From Amphiscolops sp. MND2022 (taxonomy: Eukaryota): 64,000 nucleotides of DNA. The position numbers and the translations under genes were made by a program. How positions within the stretch are numbered: the stretch's first letter is position 1; each line of letters begins with the position of its first letter. Location: contig OZ076409.1 in the NCBI GenBank assembly GCA_964187785.1, positions 89,468,001 through 89,532,000 of the forward strand. The letters run 5' to 3'. A model generated the notes under the pieces. That model was not told the DNA's origin. It did not search any database and saw only the letters and a list, made by a program, of their open reading frames with translations. Positions 14,678 through 26,800 of the stretch are shown here, in pieces.

Positions 14678-15192
14678 TATACCCTTTCAAAGTTAGGGTT
14701 TCCGAACTTAAGGACAAAATCATTCTTTCGATTGTATAAAATAAACTCGTGTCAACAAACCCAACGTTTTGAACTCCAAGTTTCACAGAAGGTATACAAT
14801 AGTGTAAGAAATAGTCCAAACCTTTTTTGTAGAAAAATAGCCTTGAATTCTGCTCTCAACCACGTTATTCGAGAAACAAATAAAGAATTTTTACAATTTC
14901 GTTCGACATTTTCAATGTAGGTTTCCAAATAATGAAGGAAATTCCTAATTTTGTTTTTTTATTGTATTTCGTACTGAAATGGCACATCGGACAACATTTT
15001 AGCCAGTTTTCTAACACCTTTCTGTTATTTTCTAACTTTGTCCTGTCTGACAGGTACTTCATATCCAAGACATTCACCGGTTTCACATCAGGTATTATCA
15101 TTGTTTTGATAGGGGTTTCCTGATTTTTGATTTTATTTACTATATCAATACGCAATACTGAATTTTTTTTCTGCAAAGAAGATAATTTTTAC

Positions 15193-18100
15193 TGTTGACG
15201 TGGAATCTCGAATTGAATGGAAATGGTAGAGGAGTTGATTGTGAATTGATGATGAATTTAGTTTGTTAAAGTACTGCCTTTTGAACTAAGGCTAAACGCA
15301 ATGAGGCGTAGCAAATTATAAGTTTAGACAATTGGTACTGGTACTTATTTACAAATGTTTACTGCTTCAATTCATCACACTACTAAATTCCCTCTTTTTG
15401 GGCATAAAGCAGAGTGATTATCACTCGATAATACAAACTCAAGTTAAAATCAGCATACTAGTTAGTAGCTAGCACACCAAACTAAAATGGTTTCAAATGT
15501 TTTTCGGGTTTAGCAGTTTTCCCCATTAGCTTCTCCTCCGGCCTCAAACCGGCTTTCCGGATGCTTCGCGATCATATCAATTCCATATCTCTTTGGGGGG
15601 ACATGTTTTCTTTCGGACACTCTGGTACGTCCTCTTCTTTCTATTTGCCACGATGTTGTAGCTTTGACGGGGATAGCGGCATTCTCAGGGTAGCTGCTCG
15701 ATTTCGGGGCACTTTCTTCAGTTTTGTACTTGATTCTTTTTCCCTGTTATCTTTGCCCTGGTCCCACAGTTTCTTGGGGTACCGTTTCGTTTTCTGTGGT
15801 GTTTGACAAGTTGTCAATTGTGGAAGAGGGGCGCTTCTTCATCGAGTTCAATGGCCAATTCTGGGGTTTTTGTTTTCCCCACTTCTTTGACTTTCCCTTC
15901 TTGGCAGCTGTTTGCTCTGTTTCACTCGAGCTGGGCGTCTCGTCTACTCTGGCTCTTCTTCCCATTTTCTTAAACATCTTATTTTGCTCTGTTGATGTCG
16001 CTTTTCCGGTATTATTGCGATTGTGTGCTATGTCTCCTGTACCACTTTTCCAGAGTTTTTCTGGCGAAGGCTGTTTCCAGTTTTGAACTCTCAGTTCTCT
16101 CACGGACCAGTATTGCAGAGTCATTCTCGTCTTGGAAGTAGTAGAGCTGGAATTCCACGTGTGAATCTTGCGCTGAAAAATCCCGAAATTTTCTCACGAT
16201 GTTGGATTTTACAGTGTTTGGCTCCTCCCCCATATGCCTTTCAAACGGCGTTTTCCCAACCTTTTTCTTACTTATTTTCAATGAGTACAAAAATTCAGAC
16301 ACTCCGGAATTATACTTACTTAGGACCATTTGCTTATTCGTTCGATGTCGCTCGTTAATCGTTTTAATGAGCCGCTCAATTTTTCAATTACCCCTATGGT
16401 TTCTAATAAACAGGTTATATGATTTATTCCAAACTGTTCGCAAAACTGGGTAATTGCTCCACTTACAATTACTGTGCTTGGATCCGTGCGTATTTTCTTT
16501 GGTACTCCTTGCTGTGTGATATACTGTTTTAAAAACTCGATAGTTTTTTTCGATGTTGGGTGGTGTAAAAATTGCGCATCTGGCCATGCCAAAAAGTGGT
16601 CGACTGAAACTAATAATTTTTTCCCTTTTTGGCATTTTGAAACGGTTTTGCAAAATCTAAGGCCAATTCTTTGTTCCTTTTTTCGCCTCCGGTATTTTCC
16701 CTATTTGTTTTTTTTCAACATGTAATTTAATTTCTTACTTGATTCATGGCACTATTCGCACAACCGTGCCTGGTCGATCACCTCGCGTTGAATTCGGGGC
16801 GATCAAATGTCGTCAATCTTTGCGAGCATTGCGTCTCGACCCGGATGGCCGTTATGGAGAGAGCACATCATCATCGGCCTGATTGATTGCTGTATGACCA
16901 CCCAAGTGAACTCAGTTATGACATGGAATCCACTGTGACTTAATGTTAGAAGTTGGATCTGTTAAGCGATTATCCATATAGGAATTCACGATCGTCAAGC
17001 GAAAAGACTTGAAGTTTTCTCGCCACGGGGACGGCAAATGGGTAACTGCGGTCCTGTTATAAATTTTTACTAGGGGAATAACTCGTGGAATTAACTTATC
17101 GGCGCTGTAACTAGCCGGCAAAAGCTTTTCGTTCAGTAATTTTGTTGACAGACTTGGCTCATCTTGCGAATATGCGCGGTAATACTACAATGGATCTCAC
17201 TTGTTTCCCACAAGTTGTGTTTGTCCTGCGTTTTGATTGGCTGTCGTCGGTCTGCTCGATTTATGCAGTTGACAGCGAGTGCTTCATTCGCACTTTCCCC
17301 CGGCCGGGTTTTCTCACTGCTTGCTTCCTTGTTGTCTAAAACATCATTCAGTCGAATTAGGATATTTACAGTGAACCGTTCATTCAACAGTGTTGCTGCC
17401 TTTATAGATGATACTTGTATTTCCCTGGGATGTCTCGACAGATAATATGCCATTTCCAACGTTCTTCCTGCAACGTGTACTACTTCAAAATCAAATGGGA
17501 GCAATATATCTATCCATCTCTGATGAGAGAACGTTTTATCTCCCCTATTTGATTTCAAAACCGACATCAGTGCTTTATGATCAGAGATGATTTCAAACTG
17601 TAAACCATATACATAATTTCTAAAATGTTCTACTGCACACACTATTGCTAATAATTCTAACTCACTAATGGAATGTTTTGACTGGAAATCTGTTAGAAAC
17701 CTAGATGCGAAGCAAATTGGTTTCCACTCACCATTGGGTGGACTTGATGTAAAACTGCACCTAGGCTTCGTTTGCTTGCGTCTCAAATGATTGGAATTTC
17801 TTGGTTTCTTCTGAAATGTGGAAGTTCTATCACATTTTTTAATTCATTTTTAATTTTCACGAATGCATTTTCATGTTCAGAGTTCCATCTCCAGTCCGCA
17901 TCTTTCTCCAAAAATGTTATAAAAGGGATTACTTATACTTGCTAAGTTCGGTAGTAATTCGTTGAATTGATTGACCGCTCCAAGGAATGACCGTATAGTC
18001 TCAAAATTGTTGGTCTCAACCGATTACCTAATCCCTGAGCTTTTGCGTTTATTAAGGATATAACTGTCCGCGGGAATTTATATCCCAACCATTCTATACT

Positions 18101-20446
18101 TTCTTGTGCGCTCATACATTTTCTTGCCTTCAGTTGTAATTGAATTTTCATCCATTGTCCAGAATTTTTATTATTTCTCTCACTTTGATCAAATGTTCAT
18201 ACTCGGTTCCTCTGGTTACAATTAATATATCATCTATATACACAAATACACTATTTACATTCGCCGAAGTGATGTTCATAATTTCTGAGTTTCTGTTGGC
18301 ATTATTGTAAGGCCAGAAAATCCCGTTGTAAAGCGATAGGTGCCTGTGGATTTCCCCCCAACTGTTAGAAAATTGCAGTGTTTTTCAGTTACTTCTTGTA
18401 AAGGGAGTTGTCCGGACGCATAAGTCATGTCTACGAACGAATACCCCGCCACCCCTTCTTTTTCGTCTAAGTTTTCAGCGATCATGTTAATAACATTATC
18501 TAGATTAGACATTTGCTATTTTTCCTTTGCTATAGACTGATTTAGCGCTCTCGCATCCAAGGCAACTTTCACAGACTCTTCCCTTTTGACAGTTATTACC
18601 GTTGGCTACCTCATCTTGAACTTCGTGAACTTTCTCAAAATGCTCCCCCTTTACCAACTTGTCAATTTCTTTACTTGATTTTGCAACTGAATTGGTTCTC
18701 GGCGTCCCTTTTGTTGAGTCATTTTCGCATCGTTTTTAATTTTAGTTTTCAGTTCGTAATTCTTCACACGACCTTTCCGTCTGAACAATTCTGGAAATTC
18801 CCTCATGAGTTGCTGAATGTCGGGATTTGTTTTTCCACGGGACCTATCTCGCAGATGAATTCTTTACAATTTACGCTTTGTTTATTTATTTTACACTCAC
18901 CTCCTTCTATTGGCTGCGTAAGTTTGTAGCGGAGAGCAACTAGCCAATCACGGTCCACGGTTGATTTTCCCGAGTTAGGTGCTACGAAGACTACGGCTTT
19001 TGACACTGTTACTCCTGCAACCATGAGCCGTACAAATTGATTGCCAAGTAATTCCGGAGGAGTTTTTTGTTATAGTCGACATATTGTTCCCCCTCGATCA
19101 TGTCCCTGGTCACTACTTTTCTTTTCCCGACGATTGTCTGTAAATCTCGTTTTGTAAAAAGTAGAGACTGGTAACTCATTGTCAATAATTGCTTCAAAAT
19201 AATTGCCACATATTGTCCCTTCCTTATAGAAAAGTTTGGAACTGTCTCCATCCACACACAGTACTAGTTGCTCTTCGTCGTCCTCTTCCGATTCTTCATG
19301 CTATTTTTCAATATAGTTTACTCTTGGCGAACTTTTTTCATTATTACGATTCTTCAGTCGCTGCATCATCTCCTTCTGCATGCAACAAACTTCTTATTGC
19401 AACAGTTTTCTACGTGTCTCACTATTTTACAATATTTACACCGGTGGTTGGTGGCCATGCAGATTTTGACGTGATCCATCGTGAAGTTTGCTGCCTCACA
19501 TCTAGAACTTTCCCTGGGGTTAGTCTTTTCTACCGCGTAGACCGGTTCGCTCTTCACGGTTGTTTTCACTGAATCAGGAGCTTGTGCGCCATAAGCTTTT
19601 TGCCGCTTTAATCATTCTTCAGAAGCAATGGCGAATTCCAGTGCTCGGTCTGGCTCCTGAGGCTCCGTGCACAATTTTTCTTGCACCTTCTTATTTGTCA
19701 TCTGTAGTACAAACATGTCCAAAACTAGGGTAAATGTTATTTCCCCGAAGTCGCACATAGCTGCAAGCCCGTTTAACGAGTGCCAGAATTCAAACAGGGT
19801 TTCGCCAGGCTGTTGAAGTCTTGAGAAAAATTTAAAAATTGATGTCTGTCCAGAGTTCTGTTTCTCTTTTTCCGAAAGCTTTCGATACATAAATAATTAA
19901 CTCTTGAGCTTTTAAGTCCCACAGGGCGGTGTGCGGATAGTTTTCCATAAATTAATTTCACGCCGCTTCGCCCAGTAACAACTTCAGAACACTGCTAACC
20001 TTCTCGTTTGCAGGGTCTTCGTCGAGATCCCTCAGCGACGGACGAACTCTGAGATTCTGCTGCGTCGTTTCGCGTGTCACCTCGGAGTCCGAAATGGAAT
20101 ATTTAGCCATCAAGGCTACTTAAAAACGATCCAACCACTTATCTCAATCCATCGTAAGGTTCATGGTCGCTTTACTCCAGAACACCGGAAGTCGGACGAG
20201 ATGTGATGATGAGGAAGATGTTGAAGAGTAATTTTCAGCTCGCAGCGCCCTTTTGACATGGAACTCTCGAATTGAATGAAAACTGTAAAAGGGATAATTG
20301 TGAATTGATGATGAATTTAGAATGTTGAAGTACTGTTTTTTGAACTAAGGTTAAACGCAATAAGGGGTAGCAAAAGTTAAGTTTAGACAATTGGTAATGG
20401 TAATTATTTACAAATATTTACTGCTCCAATTCATCACTCTACTACC
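15193..20446 (-). mobile_element. Old degraded Ty3/Gypsy element with ~195-bp LTRs
   Basis: Diverged LTRs 15193-15387 and 20251-20446; TSD-like tttac/cttac; PBS-like (G)GGCGCTGCGAGC at 20238-20250; PPT AAAAAGAGGGAA. Fragments of gag (RLQQPGETL), a zinc knuckle, RT (VYIDDILIV near 18230), RNase H (FASR, ELELLAIV, SDHKAL) and integrase (GVPKKIRTD); many frameshifts. Confidence 0.9.
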
Positions 20447-20749
20447 CTTACAGATAAAGGCTGTTTTTTCATTACACTATTGTACTTTTGCGAAATCGGT
20501 CTAGCTGAAAAGTTCGCGCCTGGTTGTGACTGAAACACTGTTGCTGCGACTGATTAGGTGCAGTGTTTTCCAGTTGAAAGCAACATATCGCTTTTATAGG
20601 TCATCGCATTTAGCTAGAACAATTGTTCTATTGCAGAACATAGTTTTTAGTTGGCGCTTTCTGAAGAAAAAGGGCAGGCTAATACAGTGACTCGTTTTAT
20701 ATATTTTTTTCAGTTTCACATCTCGAGGTCTACTTTTTATTTCTAATTG

Positions 20750-21180
20750 TTGTTTTCCGCCCCCTTATAATGGGGGAGGAAAGTCATATATGTGTTGTTA
20801 TTTTACGCCCACGTGTAATGGGGGAGGAAAATCATAATCTTTTTTGCGTTTTTTTCCAAATTCTGCCAAATCTCCTCCCAGTTTCTTCAACCTCATCTAT
20901 AGTTACTTGACTATTTTAGTATATAAAATAGTCTAGTAACTAAAACAGTTTCGAGGGGGGAATAATATTTAAAGTCAAAAATTGGAATAAGCTCTGAAGG
21001 GAATAAGATCTAAATTTTCAGGACGGGAATAATATCTAAAGGGAATAAGATCTAAAATCACTAAATGTTAGATCTTATACTTTAAATTAAATCCTATTCC
21101 CCTGTCTCAAAATAGCTATGGCTCAGTTGGTGAAGGCGAAGAAAGCGGAAAATATACCGGTGCTTAGCGGGCGTCTTGTT
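20750..21180. repeat. Second copy of the 9515-10040 repeat family (HINE-like end ...GCGGGCGTCTTGTT)
   Basis: Shares ggggaggaaaa units, ggaataagatctaaa repeats and gctatg.ctcagttgg..aaggcgaaga with 9515-10043. Shares its terminus with 63869-63885. Confidence 0.75.
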
Positions 21181-21549
21181 TAACTTCCTCAGTGGTTTCA
21201 TACTGTGGTAGACGCCGTCTTAATGTAATAGTGGACGCCGCTTTCATTCCGTTTAGAATTTTTTGATTTGTTTTCACTAAAAGCCCCCTTGTTGTTTTCA
21301 GTGAGAAAAAACTCAAAGGGCCGTCGACTTGGGCCGTTCCCAGCAGCTTGTTTCATATTGCTTCCAGTCCTTGAAAAATTAAAGTGGGTGTGGTTAGCAG
21401 ACTGACTAATCAAAACCCGATCAAGGGCACCAATGGGCCCGAACCTCTTAAGTTTACTTGAATCAGACAGTTCAGTCGACTAAGAGATATCAAATTGCCC
21501 GATAAACACTTCAATTAGCCCTAAAGGGGATTTTGTCTCAGGAAGAATG

Positions 21550-22102
21550 AACAAGCCGAGAACGGCCAAAGTCGGCGCTATATCTAAGGCTCAAAATTGT
21601 AAAAGGGGGGACTCTTTGGGTTTTGTGAAACTCCAGCTGGTGGCAAAATATGAAAAAAATTGAAGGGGGACCCTTTAAGGACTTAAAAAAATTGCCCAAA
21701 AAAAATTTCAAAATGTGATTTTTGAACAGTGTCACAGTGCCGAAAAATGTAAAAGGGGGGACCCTTTGGAATTTTCTGACATCCATTGTGTTTTAAAATA
21801 TCGAAACAAATAAAGGGGGACCCTTTGGTGCAATCCAAAAAGTTTCAAAAAAAAGTCGCATAGTGCCGAAAAAAAGTGGGGGGGGGGAGGTTTAGGGGAG
21901 ATCCTTAGTGTGTTGTCGAGGTTCTGTTTGTTTTGTTTTCTTTTTCGTTTTGGACGCGCTTCTTAGGTTCGCCAAGTTGTTGAAGAAATGATCTGAACAA
22001 AAAGAAAAGAAACAGAAAGAAAAGTGGAACTTTCGTGTCTAAAAAAAACTACCCACTGTAAGAGTCGGGCACATTTTCTACTAAAATGCGCCGACTAAAA
22101 AA
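21550..22102 (+). mobile_element. DINE-1/HINE-like (Helentron-associated) non-autonomous element
   Basis: Begins AACAAGCCGAGAACGGCCAAAGTCGGCGC; subterminal inverted repeat GCGCCGACT within a terminal hairpin; internal aggggggaccctt repeats. Inverted copy at 62775-63340. Confidence 0.7.
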
Positions 22103-22426
22103 GAATGTAAAAATAAAAGGTGAATTCAAATTGAACTATAAAACAGGAGTTGCAGAAAAATGCCGTTATCAAAGGAAAAACTGTAGAGATCCACAACAGG
22201 TCATCGGAAAACAAAATCCGGTGCTTCAAAAATGTAACTAGGCACTTCAGATGGTAATTTTTTGAAAAGATGGCTTATATTTTTCCTGATGACTGGAACA
22301 CAATTCCAATGAAGTCTAATTTGAAGCAAGAATCACGTTTTTAATCCATGTCAAACGAAAAGTATTAAATTATTCAAAAGTCATTTCTGCAAGCGATGAA
22401 ACAGAGATGGGAATGGATGCAGGTGC

Positions 22427-22563
22427 GGAAATGGACATGTGTTGATGATAGAAGTAATATCATATTGGTTGAGAATTTGGACTGTGGAGTTTTTCAATCA
22501 ACACTGAGATAAAGTGACGTTCAATAATGTCAGGTTTGTTATTTTGTGATGCATCATGTCTCA
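22427..22563 (-). pseudogene. Degenerate duplicate of part of the terminal pyruvyltransferase exon
   Basis: atgtgttgatgatagaagtaatatc...gaatttggactgtggagtttttcaa...gttattttgtgatgcatcatgtctc aligns with 23677-23811, with indels. Confidence 0.75.
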
Positions 22564-23638
22564 CCTATGTTGAGCTTTCCTTGAGAATCTGTAAAGATCT
22601 GTGAGCCAATTTTCCTTGAGGATCTGTAAAGATCGCGCCACTGCTACGTAAGGGAAATTGTAGGGAAATTGAAAGTTATTTGAAATGCTGGCGTTCAGGG
22701 TCAGAGATATTTTGAAGAAGAAGAAGTGGCCTGCAGGTAAGAAGCACTAGTTTAAGATCCGTTGTTCCTTCAAGTCCTTGCTCGCACGATTGCATCGAAG
22801 GAAGCATGAAATCAAATTTTGTGGAATAAATACGGTATCGAACTCGCAAGTAGTTCACTTCATTTTGTCAGCAAATCTCTCATTCAAATTACCCTCTTGC
22901 CAAAATAGATTGCTAAAACAGAAAGAAGTATCGGTCAGAGTTGAATTATGACGTACGGATATACATCAGCGTTCAAAGGTTTGATGTAAAACCATGAAAT
23001 AGGGTATCTTTTCCAGGATTATGAAAAGCCCTGGCTCATGGAACGGTTCCAAATATCAAGGGAAACTTGTGCGAACTACAGCATATGGCTTTCACGATTC
23101 TCGGCGGGTGTTCAGGCGTTTGGCTTCCGTTTTAGTGTTCCGATATGGAAGAGGAAAAATAATGCGACGGCATGTGAATAAAATTCACATAAATGAACTT
23201 GTTTTAACAGAAATGAAAAAAATGGAACTTACATCTCTTGGAACTCGTGGGAAAACATTTTGAGATTTCAGTCTTCGTAATTTGTTCTCTCGCAAAGTCT
23301 ACCGAAGACGTTCAGTAGTGAAATAGAATGTCGGCTATCAAAATGCAGAGTAATTTTGGAATCTTTGGAATCAAGAAGCGGGGAAATCTTGTAGTTGGCG
23401 AAAAACCAAAATTTGAATGATAAAAAGAACAAAAATTGACCAATAACAATATTAACTCCACAATATCAACTCCAAACATTTGCTGAAAGATGAAACATCA
23501 TTCTGTCGATTAATGGATTAAGTGACGATACAAGTAAAAGACCTTTTGATGAGTGTGCGCTGTTGGACCGGAATTGACGTCATTGTTTGTAAATCGGCTT
23601 TTGAATGAGACAGAGCAATATGTTTTGAAATATATTAA

Positions 23639-23898
23639 CTAGGCAAAAAAGGAGCCAGAGACGTGGGAAGCCACTGGGAAGGGATATGTGTTGATGACAG
23701 AAGTGATATCAATTGGGAATTTGGGCTGTGGAGTTTTTTCAACCAACTCAGACAAGAAGGTGACGTTTTTCAATAACGTCATGTTCGTTATTTTGTGACG
23801 TATGATGTCTCTGTGCACGTATAACCCCAAGGATTCGTAGTAGTCGCGGTATTTGAAGTTGCCCCCAGCAATTTTACTGGAAAGAGAAATCACTGCAC
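23639..23898 (-). CDS. Exon 5 (terminal) of fusion gene: pyruvyltransferase C-terminus
   Basis: Acceptor gtctgcag|GT, phase 1. GAVISLSSKIAGGNFKYRDYYESLG continues directly from HAYGIP as in ExoV-like proteins. Confidence 0.8.
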
Positions 23899-26800
23899 CT
23901 GCAGACAAGCATTCCTAAATGATAAGATTGAAACTACAAAAAAAACAGTTTTGAGTTTCAAAAAGTTTTGTCGTTTTGTGAAATTCTGTATATTTTTAGC
24001 TCTCAATTTGAAATCCAGAACCTCATGTTACGACTATTTACCGGAGTGTTTTTACGATTAGTCGCAGTGGTTTTACTTCTGATTGGTGTTGAAGTTGCAT
24101 TTTCCGGGATGTTTTCGGATTCAGAATCTGTTTCTTCAGTAGTGGCTATGACAGTTTGTTTTTTAACAGGAGCAGCTATAAGTTTTAACATCTCTTTTTG
24201 ATTTTCAGCTAAGATTTTGGTAAGATCAGACATGATTTCTTTTCTTAGCGAAGACTTGATTTCTTCTAGATTTTCAGTGATTACTCTAGGAGATTTACTC
24301 GACCCCGCTACGGGATTTAGGTTTTGATTAACCTCAGTTATTGGGGTTTCCATTTCGGTGGAAACTAGTTCTTCAACAGCTTTTCTCTTCTGGCTTCTAG
24401 TAGTCATTTTAGATAGAGCGAGAGAGGTTGTTCTTTGGAAAAATTTGAATTCTTCAAAGAAATATGATTTTCGAAACGAAGTATTAACGGAGTAGTCTAG
24501 GAAACAGATTAACTTATTTTACAAATCCCTAGGTATATATACTTTCACAGCATCATTTGTTCCTCACCTAAAAATTCCTAGGAATCCTTAAAATCGGTTT
24601 TGTTCAACAAAAATGCTTAATCATCCTTATTATTTCAACCCCTTTTATTACTTGTTCATGATTTAAAATTCCTAGTCACGGATCCCTTACGGAGTACTTG
24701 TTGAAATCATTTTTGTTCATTAACATCATTTCCGGTTTGATCGCGGAAAAGGCGGCAAAACAAGTGTCTAGTTGAAACTTTATCGCGGAAAGCACGCGGG
24801 CGTGAACGATGATTCACTTTACGAGCAGTAAACTTTCAACTTGCGATAAAAGAAATGACAAGCGAAATTTGTTACGGAGACATCTCGGACGAATTTTGGA
24901 TTGATAAACTGTGATATTTGAGAAGGAACAAATGATGCTGGAAAAATGATGAATACGAACTAAAAACCTGATTATTGTAAATCAGAAAACAGCCAACAAT
25001 ATTCTATCTAACTTTACATGAATTGAGTCAGTTAATACTGACAAATGCAACAATTAAATAGTATATTCATGAAAGCAACGTTTCTACAACGTGATTAATA
25101 CACAAAGTATTCTTTTACAGAATAGGAAGAAGCACTCTTTTGTAAGGATTCACTTTTATCCTAATTAACAGCACGAACTTTTTTAATCGATCACTAAAAC
25201 GGAGAAAATCCGGGTGGAAAAAGTAAAACCTTATGATAATTTGAATATCTCGGGATAATTCTACATGACCTCGGGAACATCCTAATGTATTTGGATAGCT
25301 TCTGTGTTTTAGAATTTTCCACGCTTGTCTTACATGTATTAACATTAGGTATAACTTCGTCGATTTACAATTCGCTCCGTAAGCGCTCCGTACGTATTAA
25401 GATTAGGTATAGCTTCTTCGCATTACAATTTGCTCCGTAAGCGCTCCGTACGTATTAAGATTAGGTATAGTTGAGCAGTGCTTGCTTGCGGAGACAGAGC
25501 GGACAGCGTTAACAAATTCATTCTTATTCTCTCGCTCAATTGGCGTTGCTATGGTAACTAGGGATGGTGAAAGACGACGCTATTGGTCCGTAAAAATAGA
25601 AACATCTACCTTTCAATCAAGCTTAGTGACGCTGCCATTACGTTGTAAATATTCTCTTAAGTTGTTTAACTGCATTCTTAAGTGGATATTCACAACTAAT
25701 CAATCATTGGAAAACAATTCCACCATTCTCTTTGTATGTTCTTTCATTTTAGATTGTATGCGTTCCGTTGGGATCACGGAATTAAATATTGTTTTAGTGT
25801 TTTCATTTTAGTGTGGAGAAAAAGAAAAATTGATCCCAGTGTTAAGGATGTTTCCTTTTTAATATTTAGATTGGCATGGAATTTTCATCAGTCAAAACCG
25901 GAAGTGATGAAACGATTGCATGTGAAATCATTAAACCGGAAGTTTTCTTTTTGTCTAAATCATTTTTGAATAATTTACGTTGCACTTCCGTTAAACTTAA
26001 GTCGTGCTGCTGTTTGGATAAAAGGTAAGGCATTAAATAGTTTACTTAATGTTGTGTAGCTCTGCCGTGTCCTTTTCCTCGCGTGAATTGCGGTATTCCT
26101 CCACAGCAAGTAAAATCCCGACCGGGAGCGGGTCGTGACAGGGCGCCTCTATAGCCTGTTGACCACGGTCTGGGGCAGTGGGGAATCTCTCTGGTGATCA
26201 ATACTGGTTGTTTTCGTGCTCTTGCCAGTTTTGTAGAAGTATAGCGCGTTCCCCGTCCGCACAACGGGCTGTTCTCTCGGCTGCTTTGTAGCTCTATGCC
26301 ATAGGCGTTTTCGATTTCTTCTACTGCTGGCTCCATCAAGTCGTCGAGTTTGTCGGCTTTTGCAGGCGGTCCATTGTACTGAAGCTCTTTGTTAGACACG
26401 TCTCGTAATACTGGGGCGGGCTGCAGCGGCGGTAGTTGACGGGGAGTATCCGGCTCTTCAAAGTAGCTTTCTTCAGACGTTTCAGTACTATGCCCTTCCA
26501 CTATGAAAGCTTCGCCAGGGCTTGTAGTGCCGAAGTTTATTTTTCTCGGTGAACCGATAGTCTCAAATGTAGACGCTGAGATGCCGGATAAATTTAGACT
26601 ATTGATAGAGTCCATCATCTCTTCTGCGCTGCCTTTTGTAGCTTCTAAGGAGGCTTCGGAGAGGTTCAGAACTGTGATCCCATTTAGTGGGAGGGTTTTG
26701 ATGGGTGTGCTTTGCCTGACTTCGTTTTCTTCTTCATCAGAAGAGATATCAATTACGAGTTCGTAATTGCTCATTTTTGAATTCTGAAGATTTCAGCTAA

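Noticed and set aside
25115..25969. Small ORFs duplicated at 38651-39505
   Set aside because: Identical only because they lie in the LTRs; no coding signature.
26046..26774. env gene
   Set aside because: Right position, but no signal peptide, furin site or TM anchor; acidic and probably disordered.
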